In this document: in pieces, positions 38,900 through 52,640 of the stretch | How the letters are laid out: each line of letters begins with the position of its first letter | How positions within the stretch are numbered: position 1 is the stretch's first letter | Source of the DNA: the human T2T-CHM13v2.0 reference genome, Homo sapiens | NCBI RefSeq assembly: GCF_009914755.1 | Contig: NC_060933.1 | DNA length: 64,000 nt | Strand: one strand, 5' to 3' | Position numbers and translations under genes: made by a program | Notes under the pieces: generated by a model | Told to the model about the DNA's origin: nothing | What the model saw: only the letters and a program-made list of their open reading frames with translations | Databases searched by the model: none

Positions 38900-39518
38900 T
38901 GTTATGGGCTTGTGTTCTCCCAAAATTACTATGTTGAAGTCATAACCCCTACTACCTCAGAATGTGACTATATTTGAATATAGGGTATTTAAAGAGGTGA
39001 TTAAGTTAAAATGAGGCCCTTAGGGTGGGCCCTAATCCAATCTGACTGGTGTCCTTATTAGAGGAAATCTGGATGCACAAGAAGACACCAGTGCTGGGCA
39101 CAGTGGCTCACACCTATAATCCCAGCACTCTGGGAGGCCGAGGCTGGCAGATCATGAGGTCGGGAGTTCGAGACCAGCCTGGCCAACCTGGTGAAAACCC
39201 GTCTCTACTAAAAATACAAAAATTAGCTGGGTGTGGTGGCGCATGCCTGTAATCCCAGCTACTCAGAAGGCTGAGGAAGGAGAACCGCTTGAACCCGGGA
39301 GTTGGAGGTTGCAGACACCAGGGCATGCTCCCACAGAGGAGAGACCATGTAAAGGTGACCATCTACAAATGAGGAGGAGAAGCCTCAGAATGAAACCAAC
39401 CCTGCCAACACTTTGATCTTGGAATTCTAGCCTCCAGAGCTTTGAGGATATAAATTTCTGCTCTCTAAGCCACCCAGCCTGTGGCATTTTGTTATGGCAG
39501 CCCTAGCAAACTAATATA
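38900..39518 (+). mobile_element. MaLR solo LTR (MLT1B-like) interrupted by an Alu
   Basis: tgttatggg start; gaggtgattaagttaaaatgagg...agggtgggccctaatccaat; end ttgttatggcagccctagcaaactaata. Confidence 0.88.
39092..39314 (+). mobile_element. Tailless, 3'-truncated AluS nested in the LTR
   Basis: Alu ends at ggaggttgcag with no poly-A; flanked by direct repeat agacaccag at 39083-39091 and 39313-39321. Confidence 0.92.
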
Positions 39519-40705
39519 TGAAGAGAGACGAAATCATTGAATGTAGTAACATAAAGAGACTGCAGAAGTAAATGCAGCTCATCTGTTGTTCAAGACTGGA
39601 CTGAGACCTGTTGCTGATTTGGGCCTTGTTAATAAAGCAGGAAAGCGCTCTATCCCTGTGGGCATGAAGGACTGCAGGATTGTGGCTGCATGGTGGAAAC
39701 ATACCCCTTCCCGGGTATTCCTCTCAGAGTACTCTCTCTCACAGAAACATGGCTGAAATGTCCCCGCAACTCCATCACACACACCCTCACAAGCAAGGTA
39801 CATGATAAATTAAAAGCATTTCGAGGCATGGCCCAGTGTTGTTACCTCAGATGTTGCTAGAATAACATGACATTTATAAAAATACAACCCACTGGATGTT
39901 TGGCACTGCTTGGGAATGAAGAATATGTCCACTTAAGAGGCAATACCCGGGGCTGTCAAAAAATCTCAAGCCAGGATTTCTTTTTATAAACATTACCTAT
40001 CTTTTTAAATTCTACAGTCTGGGAGGTGGAAAAAAAAACGTCTGCTTATTTCCAAGTCTCCTTTTACTTAAACAGAATAAACATAAACCATACACAGGAA
40101 TATGCTGAACGCTCGGTCAGGGCACACTGACAGAACGGCTCTGTGCACCTGGCAAAAACCCTCAACACTCATATCCTTCGCGTGGGGTCTCCCCACCCCA
40201 GCACACACCTACACAGAGCTCACACTCTACCTACGTCGACCACCTCCAATCCCCATGCACACTGAAAGGGAGTATTTACAGGTTATATTTTCAGATACCA
40301 GCCAAATAATGTTCCCGTTCACTCTCTCGTCCACCTGAGACCATACAACATTTAACATCTAGAAGGATAAGCTCAGCCCCGAGCACATACGACAAGGGTG
40401 AGCAGTCATCGAGGAGTTCTCAAGCAAGGAGGATTTGCCAGCTTCCCTCTGAGGTCCAGGCCCTGAAAGGCCAACTGTGGTATGTTTGAGTTTCCATCAG
40501 GCCTGGTGCTTGCTGGCTGCGCCCATGCTCAGTAAGAACTTCACAGCCCAACTGTCCTATAAACATCTTGGCCTTCTGCTGAGAGCTGCTCGCCTAGCTC
40601 CTTGGAGCTGAGAATATGCTGTTTTAGAGCCGCAGGCTGAATCTTAACTAACACTTGGAGCACAGCTGACCTCTCTCTTCTCCAGGCCAGTGACTCCTCT
40701 AAACA

Positions 40706-40706
<1 letters not shown>

Positions 40707-40752
<46 letters not shown>
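40707..40752. repeat. (AC)23 microsatellite, (GU)23 in the pre-mRNA
   Basis: Uninterrupted ac repeat of 46 nt, starting 48 nt downstream of the exon 4 donor on the minus strand. Confidence 0.98.
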
Positions 40753-40754
<2 letters not shown>

Positions 40755-40800
40755 ACATGAACATAATAAGAACGGGAAGAAAAGCCCAGATTTTCCTCAC

Positions 40801-40903
40801 CATGTGCCACCCAGCCATGTTTACACTGATCACAAGTCCTCAGGTTAATCTTCCCTGGCTGAAAACATTCACATGTGCAGTTTACCAGTGTGCAACGGAT
40901 GGC
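40801..40903 (-). CDS. BNC2: Basonuclin 2 internal coding exon (exon 4), Cys/His-rich N-terminal conserved region
   Basis: Minus strand: tttatttttcag|GCC ATC CGT TGC ... GCA CAT G|gtgagg; 103 nt, phase 0 to phase 1. Peptide [34 protein letters not shown] recognised as BNC2 (BNC1 differs, e.g. AISCTLNCSCQSFKPG). Confidence 0.97.
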
Positions 40904-43900
40904 CTGAAAAATAAAGGAGGAAAAAAAGGTCAGCATCTGTTCAAAGATACTATACTCTTTTCACCATTTCAATAAATATTGCCCACTTCTATTTTTAAAG
41001 ATTTTATGATGGTAGGGGCCTGGAGAGTTTTAAAAATAAATTTAGATATCACCAAAATCTCTTATTAAAAAAGGTAAAGAAAACAAAAGCTCATTCACTA
41101 ATACAATGTTTTAGGTCATTCACAGTAACCTTTAAATTACAAACTTAGAATAAAAATAAAGGATTACATATTCGATAAGATACCGGATTTACGACATCAC
41201 AAATCCAAAAAAGAAAAAAGTATATTGCTGCTAATATATATTTCCACTTAAATTTCTCTACTTGTCAATAAAGCAAAAAATACACTGTAACAAAATAATA
41301 TTCAAGTGAAATGTTTGTGAAAGTAAAATATGGCACACAAATATTATTATTAGAATATTACTTTTCTTCTGCTGAATTTCAATTAAATGTTGTGCTAAAC
41401 TCTCAAATATATTTTAAAGACACTCCTGTGCTCAATAAGACCTAACATATTTCTATTATTATTTAATCACATCCCAATTCCTTGAATATTTTTTATTCTA
41501 TTTTCGTTCCTGTTTTGAAAAATAAAAAACAATCCTCCTCTTATTTCAACAGTGACATAAGAAAGAAAATAAGTTTAAATTTTGGTTTCAGATCAGACAT
41601 GGAACAGAAAAAATCATTTATGTGAATATTTTATATCTGGAACAGTACACCTGTATTGCAGAAAACTGAAAAACACACTTAAAAATCTTTCATTTCCTTA
41701 TAACCACTTTAAAAAACCATCTCACCAGTTAATATTATAAAATGAATCCATAGAAAATTAGCATAAATGGAGTGTAACTTTTTATGAATAAAAACCTATG
41801 TTTAAGAATAGTGCTAAAGCTGACCTAAGCTCCCGGACTACAGTTAATAAATTTATCTCATACAGTTAATTCTAATTTGCATAGAAATTCTGAAGACAGA
41901 AGGGATTTAGTCTGATCATTCGCAGATTAACAATCTACTGTAACTACTTGAACTGCCAGGAAAAGATCTCTCTGCAGATTTAGATGCAATCAATGATTAC
42001 TGATTCTGGGGTGGAGGGGTGGGCATGGGGATACCTGAAACTGCAGCTCTGTGCCTGAAAGCCATGCTCACTCACACAGCTCCAGATGCTCATATTTCTG
42101 GAACCATTAGGATTTTTATAGAAACTGTCTCATTTGTAACAGGCAGTATTTTGGATATTGTTAACATGACTGGGACAAATTCCATTCACAGAGAATAAGA
42201 CTGAGCAGGCTTTTACCATTCCCTATGCTTTAGATCAGGCAAGTGTAAAATATTTCTCTTCCATTAATTAATATTAAATCTATGGATCCCTATTGGTTTC
42301 AGATGTTGGAGTCCTCACTGTAGACTCCATTCATACTTCACCCCCATCTTTAATTTGTGCTTCAATTTAGCACTAGGGAAATATTTAATTGTATAATCTC
42401 CCTGATATTTCAGGATCTCTCTTCCAAACATGGTCCAATTGTAGCTAGGTTGTAAACTTTGTTGTATATAGAAGTGATTAATTTGTAGACTATAAGGAGA
42501 AACGTTTCTTCCAGAAGTTCTTAAATTTCAATAATTTGTTAACTGAGAAATATATCAGAACATCCCAAGTCAGAAATAGTTTATTTAAATAACATGTTCA
42601 TTAGTTAATGAACTCAAAACTTGATTGTACTGTGACCAAAATAAAAAGAGCTTAGAGGACAGCATTTCCACTAAAAACAAGAACTTTACAAATTATCTAA
42701 TTATAAATTCAGATACGGGAACTATGTTGACATTAAAACATTCATATAATTTGAAGTGCAATAATAAAAGCTTTCATAAATGCTTTAAAAAAAATAGCTC
42801 TGCTTTACCGAAATCAAGGGAGGGCCAATAAAATGAGATGGTATTTCAAGGACAGTTAATATAAACTCCAGCACAAAAGACACAAATATTTAAATCATTA
42901 ATTTGATAATATTTAATTATTTTATAAAAATATCCTAATTTTGTATTGTCTTTAAAGCACACTTTCATCAACTTTAATTACAGCCATATTTAAGACGAGA
43001 ACAAATTAACAGACTGTGGATTTGATTTATTTTTATGTGTATTTATTTTTTTTACTGGTTGAATCATTCATTCACTTACTCTGAACAAGTTTATGATTCA
43101 AATATTTTGTCTTCCTAAATAACTTTACACATTTGGTACATTCGGGAATTCAACTTTTTAGATCATTATTCCTTTTTATGAATTCTATTCTTTTTGTACC
43201 TAAACATGCAAACACTGGAACACCTCAACTCCTTTTGTATATAAACACTTAAGCACTAGAATATCCATTTTGTATATCTATGAATTCCAGAAGGTCTATT
43301 TGTTTTAAATTCAGATTTATATAGACTACAATTTTCCCTTAAGAGAATTATATATATTTAAACAATATGGTCTAAATAAATATTTTGAGTAAGAGACTAT
43401 TGCCGCTTCAAAGGAAGTTTTATTCTAAATAACATTTTTGAAACAGCATAAAACTTTGACATACTATTTATTCACAACAAAATAGAACCAACGTGATCAC
43501 TGGCCAACTCACCCACACGCAAATAACATAAGTTATCATAAAACTATCAAAACCAGTTAAGCCTCAAAAATGTACATGCATTACAAGGAGACAGTTGGGA
43601 AGAGTCGAAATGAATATGCTTTCATTCTTGTGAGCATGTTCACAGCTGCCTCCATTCAGCTCATGTCTGAGTGCCTCCAACCCTCTTCTGGGCACTCGGG
43701 ACAAGACCAAGCTGTTATATTCTGTGAACTACACACTTTGAAAATGCAGGTATGCAGAAAGGAGCAGAGAGTTCAGTCAGAGTGTTCCCACCTATCTATG
43801 CAGAGATTAGTATTCAGGTCTGGGTAAAGCAGGCCTCCAGGACCCAGCCTAACAAGGGTGCCAGGGTGCCTTGTAATTCTTTCCTCAATTTCCATTATTG

Positions 43901-44139
43901 GAAACTGTCTGCTCTTTTCTTTATACCTGCATTTTCAAAGTTTGTCGTTCATAGAATGTACCACATACAGCTTGGTCTTGTTCCGAGTGCCCAGAAGAGG
44001 GTTGGAGGCTCTCAGACATGAGCTGAATGGAGGCAGCAGTGAAGATGATCAGCATATCCCAACTCCCCAAGAACAACCATAACAACAACCATACATTTTC
44101 TTAAGTCTGCACCTTATTGAAAGTAATTATTCCTTCTGC

Positions 44140-44530
44140 TTACCTTTACCATTGACTTCTTGAAAGAGAAATCCATGCACCCAGCAACCAGTGCTCCCAC
44201 TTCCTCACCACCACCTACATTTTAACTCTACAATCCAGATTCTGCCCCACACGTGCCTGAAACTGTCTCTCTGAGAGGCAATGTTCTCATCCCATCTGGT
44301 CCTTTTTTCTAGTCTCCTTGTCCTCCCAGACTGTGATGCAGCTTGCTGCACTAACTCTCCTTCATTCCTGGGCTGTAGAGACTGACTATCCTAGTTTTTC
44401 TGGCATCAACTGCTCTCTCCTCTCTCTCTCTCTCTCCACTGTAAATAAATACAGGTGTTTCCCATGGCCAAGCTCTTCATTCTTTAATTTGGCAACTTCA
44501 CGCCCTCCTACAGCTTCAAATATCACCACT
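44140..44530 (+). mobile_element. L2 fragment
   Basis: ctcccacttcctcaccacc...caatccagattctgccccac...tgaaactgtctct L2 ORF2-region motifs. Confidence 0.55.
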
Positions 44531-44769
44531 AAGCAAAAACCGTCACTGTGGAGCCAGGCACTGCCTCTTAAGTGGTGGGAAGTGGATGGCAGTGTCCCTG
44601 TGATCAAGGACTTGATAGTTTGGGGTTTGGGGGCAGTGAGTTTAGAGGAGAGACCCTAACTAAGAACATAAATGAAACCCTTACACAGATTGGAGGACTA
44701 TCTCCTATGCATTATTCCTCCTCTACCAAACCTCAGGATTTTAATTTATTTATTTACAATAGTAAATTA

Positions 44770-44975
44770 TTACCTGTTATAATAATAGCTAGATGTATTG
44801 AATATCTTCCATTTTCCAGACACTGTGCTACAGAGTTTACAAACATCAGCATTCTTAGTTCTCAGAAAATAGCATAAAGTTGTTACTACTATTACTTTTA
44901 TTTCACAGAGGAAACTAAGGTAGAGATAATTTACTAACTTACCTAAAGTCAATCAACTAGTAAAGTCACAGATCT
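44770..44975 (-). mobile_element. MIR
   Basis: ttccagacactgtgct...tttcacagaggaaactaagg...aacttacctaaagtc. Confidence 0.75.
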
Positions 44976-45010
44976 ATAAATCAGAAACAACTCTCCATTC
45001 CACTGACTAG

Positions 45011-45232
<222 letters not shown>

Positions 45233-45699
45233 TAGGGCAGAGTTTTCACTGATATTCTGCCTTTCTCCAAAGATTATGTATCCCTTCCTTTCCTGTCTTT
45301 TATTCTCATGGTTACTACCATAATTCCAGTCTTTTTTTCTAGACTATTTAAACTGTCTCCTAATTAACCTACACGTTTCTCTTCTCTCCCCATCTGCATG
45401 AACATTCTCTCTTCTTAAGAGATCCACACGGTTGATTGCTATTTGCTTGACTGAGGTTATTTTCACTCTCCTGTCAGATTCTGCCTACTAGAGTAGAAAC
45501 AGTGGCTGTCCATTCTCCTTGGTTGGACAGCTGACTCCTCTGCTATCCAAATTCTCAATCCCTACTTCTCCAACACTGTGCTCTCTAGCTTCCCTCCTTC
45601 CAAGTCCTGCTTAAGTTGTTAACGGCTACTTATTCTTTGGAGTTCAAGTACCACTCATTTCCCAGGGCAGCTGCCCTGTCTCCCATTCAAGACAAGTTC

Positions 45700-46045
45700 C
45701 CCACTAGACTTCTGTATCATAATTGATCTGTCATAATGCTTAGTACAGGTTGTGAATATTATATTTATTGGTGTGATTATCGATATGGGTTTGTTTTCCC
45801 CTCTAGAATTTAAGTTCCATGAGGGCAGGATAGACATGTCTGTTGGGCTTTCAATGTATAGTGGCAAATAACAGGTGCTCAAAAGGCACTTTAAAAATAC
45901 ATGATTCTCTGAGCCCGCTTCCTCATCTGTAAAATGATAGTAACAATGACATTGCAACAGTGGCAAAACACTCAAATGAAATAATGAAGAAAAAGTAAGT
46001 GTTAACCTATCTGGCAACAGGAAAAGCTCAATAAATGACAACCAT
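45700..46045 (+). mobile_element. L2 3' end followed by MIR
   Basis: tagaatttaagttccatgagggcagga...aggtgctcaaaa, then ctctgagcccgcttcctcatctgtaaaatg. Confidence 0.7.
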
Positions 46046-46991
46046 TTATGGCCACAAGAAACTTTCCACATATTACATTTAAATGATTGTTTTCTCTCTT
46101 ATGATTCTTCCCAATGTATTGTTTTACTCCAACACCTTGCAAATTGCTTAACACATATTTAGTCTTAATAAATAAATGAACACTTTGACATACATAATAC
46201 CATATTATTCATACTATAGTCCTCTAAGGTAGGCACACAGATTATTATTTCTGTTTTACTATTATGGTTCAGAAACGTTTATGTGTTTTACACGGCTCTT
46301 AAATGATCTAGTGGAGAAGAAGACAAATCTCCCAATTATGACTCAGTTTATTTCCATTACCTGTAGAAAACTAAAGAAAACTTACAATAAAAATAATTAT
46401 AAATATTCATATGCAAAAGTACATCTAAAATATACAAAGAAGAATAATTTAGTAAAAAAACTAATCAATGTTTGGTCAGTAACACTTTTATATCTGAATA
46501 TTAAATAAAAGTACATTTGAAAGTATTTTGGATGCATTCCAAAGCTCTAATACAGAGGATAGGTTCTGTTATCACTAAAGCTGAGGTCTCTAGCTCTACA
46601 GTTGGTTCCAATTCTGCAAGTTTATGTGAATTGAACCCCAATCTTCTGACCAAATCATATTTCTCAGGAAAGCACAAATTGTTGTTTCAGTAAATATATA
46701 GGGTACTTCACAAAAGAACTACACACAAGGCTAACTGATAAAACTCCTATTAGCAGTTGTTTAGGGACACTTATCCCAGTTATCTGACGCAAATTTAAAA
46801 ATGCAAAATATGGCCTTTGGGCAAATAGAAGCATAAAGCACATATTCTGAACGACTAATCATAATGAGAGGGGAAAAAACTGATTCCGGTTCTGGGTTTT
46901 GGTGTTCCACACACAAACAAAACCAAAAACAACTATTCACAAGGAGCTCCCTTCATGGATTCATTAACCTTCACCAATCTCCCATACATAA

Positions 46992-47632
<641 letters not shown>

Positions 47633-47800
47633 CTAAAAACCTTTTTAACTCTTCTTTCCCCTTGTTAATTTCTGGAGAGTATAGCAAGATTTACAATATG
47701 AATTATGAAATTTTAAAATATTTTAAAATGCTTAATAGTTAAGTACATGACCTACATTAATATTAAATTATAGAAAAAGCTAGTCATTAACATAAGCAGC

Positions 47801-47943
47801 CACTCAGGTGTGGTGGCTTAAACCTGTAATCCCAGCACTTTGGGAGGCTGAGGCAGGAGGATGGCTTGAGCCCAGGAGTTCGAGACCAGCCTGGGCAACA
47901 TGGCAAAACCCGGTCTCTACAAAAAATATAAAAATTAGCCAGT
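47801..47943 (+). mobile_element. Alu left arm (truncated)
   Basis: Left monomer plus linker, ending aaaattagccag. Confidence 0.9.
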
Positions 47944-48011
47944 ATGTACAGCGGTAAAAGAAAATGCATCACAATAATTAATAAAATGCTCTAATGGAGG
48001 GAAAAGAAGAA

Positions 48012-48648
<637 letters not shown>

Positions 48649-50109
48649 AGACGTCTATCCTAGTGGACGAAAATCTGGAATAGCAAATTATCTGTAATGA
48701 ATCTGAAAGCTAATTATTCCAGGATTGCCATAGAATACACTGCAATAAACAAACTAATGGCTTGCTAGCATTGTGGATGCAGAGAGTGATCTTATAAACA
48801 TGACCAAAAAGATGAAACAAGCACTTTTATATAGGTTGTGTATGATATGCTAAGACAGTACTTCAAACATTGCCACAAAGACTAAAAAACTCACATGATA
48901 GTAATGGTGATTAAGTCAGCAAATATCTCCCTGTATAATTTTCAGAATTTATATAATACTGCCTTGGGAGAAGAAATCAGCTTCCTAACTGGCCACATCA
49001 CAATACAGCTTGAGCGAAAAAATTCTGCATTTTTTCTTGCACGGTGGACAACTACTAAGCTTACTTAAGACCAGCATGAACTACAAGACTACATATCAAT
49101 TTCACTTGTACTTGATTACAAAACTCATCTATGATGAATGTAAAAGAATATCCACCTGTTGTACTGAAGAGTTTTGCAACCAAGTATCAAAAGGAGACAA
49201 GGAAGAGGTGAGTCAGAAAGATACAGAACATGGGTCAAAAGATCTACGGTTTTAAACATCCCACAAAAAAGCTTTATTAACAACCTAAAACGTCTATCTA
49301 ATTCTGACCATGAGAGTATTAATATAAATCTATAGTTTTAGTAAGGTGGGTATGTTTTCTCCATTTATACAAAGAAATACATAAATCTAAGTCTGAATGA
49401 ACAATGCACACAGAATTTACATGCTATGATTATCAGTGATTATAAAACTGATTATAAATGTTAAGGGTCCACAAGCATGTTAAACCATAGTGCAAATGTC
49501 ACTACTCCTAATGTAATAGTAACAGCAGCAAATGAGAAACAATGAAGTTATTCTGTCTCCTTAAAAAAATCTACTCAAACATTCATATGATGGAAAATTA
49601 TACCTAAAAGTATGTCTCTTATTTGGTGGTAACCAGAAAATTAAAAATTAATTAACAATTCAAAGAAAGGTCCTTACATTTGTCTAATTGTTTTTAATGT
49701 CATATGAAGAAATAGCAAGCTGGTAAAAAATGATTATTTTGTTGTACTTAATGTGTTCTGAAATTTCTTGGTGTCTTCTCAACGAAAAAACACATTAGAT
49801 CTTATAACTGAGACAGGAGATTCGCAAGAGCCTGGGTTTGCTGGACTCACTAAAAGGCCAGGTACCATTGGTTTAAACTGCAGGCAACATGGTAAAAGAC
49901 AAAAAGCTGGGCAATTTAAAGATGGTTAACCACCCCTCCCCTCCCCCCAAAAAAAACCTTGAGAAAAATGTTATGAACCAAAGAAATACATCATCTTCAC
50001 AATAAACACATCCAAAATAATCGAAAGAGATTCACTGGGAAAAGTTGACCTTTGAACATCAAATGATGTTAAAAATCAGGAGATTTAAAACTTCATTTTA
50101 TAAAACGCT

Positions 50110-50520
50110 ATCCCTCCATCCACTGACAAATGGATAAACAAAATTCAGTATATTAATATAATGAAATTTTATTTGGCCATAAAAAGGAATGAACCACGGA
50201 TACATACTACAACATGAATGAACATGAAAAACACTAAGCTGAGTTGCAGGAGCCAGTCATAAAAGACCAAATATTATTATTCCATTCAGATGAAATGTTC
50301 AGAAGAGGGAAATATGTAATGATAAAAAGTAGATTAGTGGCTGCCTTGTGGGGGATGAGGCTTAGGGTGACAGCTAAAGGGCATGGAGTTTCTTTTTGAG
50401 GTGATAAAAATGTTCAGTGATAACTGAACCTAACCATAAATATAGTAAAATACAGTGAGTATTTTAAATGGGTGGAATGTATGGTAAGTGAAACATATCT
50501 CAATCAAGCTGTTTAAAACA
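50110..50520 (+). mobile_element. L1MB-like LINE-1 3' end fragment
   Basis: aaatggataaacaaaat...gccataaaaaggaatgaa...agtagattagtggctgcc...gtttctttttgaggtgataaaaatgttc...tatctcaatcaagctgtt. Confidence 0.85.
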
Positions 50521-51353
50521 GGGAAAGGGTGGGAGGAATCCCACTGCCCCACCTACTTTCTTTTAGTGGTGTTAAAACCATTTAATCCCATAAGATATCA
50601 TTCCCCAGGAGACATAATGCAGCACATCTTTTGCCCAGTAGGTCTCCAATACACAAATGCTAAGTGAGTTAATACACGGACGGTGAACAAAGAAATTTTA
50701 CTGTTGCTTATATTTGAAAATCCTTTCTACTTTGAAAATATTAAAACCTAATATATCCATTTAAAAATCCACTGCCATTTTTCTATCCGGAAAAATCCAG
50801 TACATCTTTCAAATATTTGCGGGGCAAAAAAGCAAAAGCAAAAACAAAAACAAAACTTCTCAGTTATGATGCTCAGCAATATTAATATCAAAGTATTAAA
50901 AAAATTCTAAGATAATTTGTTAAAAATTGACAATGCTGAATTCTGTCATGTATACCAGCAAAAAAAAAAATCCTCAATTTACTGTGATGAAAAAAATTAT
51001 TTCAGCAAAAGCCAAGATACAAATTTGGCTTAGGGGGAATAGGCAAAGAGGGAAAACCAGAAACTTCTGGGCATATGTTTATATATGAGTGTAAATGTTT
51101 CTACAACTGTGTGAATATATAAATACAAACAGGGAGAAAGGGACACACACAGGCATATAAATTTTCCCAGACAGAGATCCAATAAGCATCCATAGTCATT
51201 ACCTACTATCACAACCTACTATCAATCGATATAAGAAAGGCCCCATTTAAATAATTTAGAAGTTCAGAGTAAAAATCAACAGCGGGATATAGCCAATTAT
51301 ATAAGGAAAATACCCATGCTTCTATGGCATCAAAGCATACGCAAGCTTTGGAG

Positions 51354-51372
51354 TGCGTGTGTGTGTGTGTGT
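51354..51372. repeat. Short (GT)n microsatellite
   Basis: tgcgtgtgtgtgtgtgtgt. Confidence 0.8.
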
Positions 51373-52461
51373 TTCAATTAAATTAGGCCTATGATAATAC
51401 ATGCGATTTTGTTAGGCAATTAGTAATATTAAAGAAACATGAAATGAAAAGGCATTTCAATTTAGGCAAAAACATTTTATTTTCTTACCTAACATTTAAC
51501 AATTAAGATACTCCATTTATTGCCTGTATACTTACAAATTTTACAGGCTACTTAGGCAGCTGTAATAACATAAATAGAAAGTAAATAGTCCTTCCATGAA
51601 CAGACCTATCACCTAATTGAAAATAAGGGGTTAGCTCGCCATTAAAAAAAGAAAAACACACATTTTAACTCAGTCTATATTTACCAGAACACCTAACTTT
51701 ATAGAAGGAGGCAAAGCACTTCTCATATCTGATGATGCTAAGTAATAATAATCTCATTTCATCTTAATGTTGAATCAGCAATTTTGTATTCCATTGATAT
51801 ATATTTTATTCATTTTCACTAATGCAATTTGAAAGATGGTAATGTGATTACATTTCTCTGTGGCATTCATGAAAACAATTACTAATATAATATGATAGAG
51901 AAGACATTAATAAGGACAGGATTTATAATGAGATGCAAAAAGACTTATAAACCTTTAAGCACTTTACAAAGAAACTATTCCTCATTAAGCAAGAAGCAAG
52001 ACAAGATGAAGCTTAAATTCTGGTATGTTTCAAAAGCACCTCCAATCCTAGAAAGAACAATCGATTTGCATGATTATCACACACTTTGGTGACGAAGCAA
52101 AGATGTACAGAAGTAACACAAAAGTTGTCCCAAGTTGTGCCAAATATAACACCTCATCCTAAGTCAGTATCTTTCCCTTCCCAGATGCAATGTGAAGGGC
52201 TCCCTAAAGAAAGGAGTTCCTCTAAATCTTTACCCTCTTTATAAAAGGAGCTGCCCACCTTATTTCAAATGCCAAAGCACTGTAATCAATCCATTTCCTA
52301 AGCAAGAGCATAGGTAGGTGACCTTTTAACTAAATTTACTCCTCTAGGTTTGTGATAAAATTTACCCCAGTAAAGCAACAGGGGAGAAAAGTTGTTACGT
52401 TTTAGAATTTAACATTTCAGATGACAACTGATTACCCAGGCCAATTGAGACAGACTGTAAG

Positions 52462-52640
52462 ACTAATAATATCCCATGTTTGTACAGTGCTATGAAGCTT
52501 GCATAACATTTCAAATACATTCTTGTATTTAATCATCAAAATCCCTAAAATTAGAGATTTTTTCAAACAGCAGAAAATGAGGCTCTGAGATGTCCCTAAA
52601 TGGCCACAGCTACTAATCCAGGGCTCTTTCTACTCAGCCT
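52462..52640 (-). mobile_element. MIR fragment
   Basis: tatttaatcatc...cagcagaaaatgaggctctgaga. Confidence 0.5.

Noticed and set aside
40541-40936. 131-aa ORF with a VCVCVC run
   Set aside because: Exon 4 plus intron read-through; the VC run is the translated GT microsatellite.
44138-44175. Strong donor AAG|gtaagc at 44144; similar lone donors near 7088, 20560 and 51488
   Set aside because: No convincing partner acceptor found.
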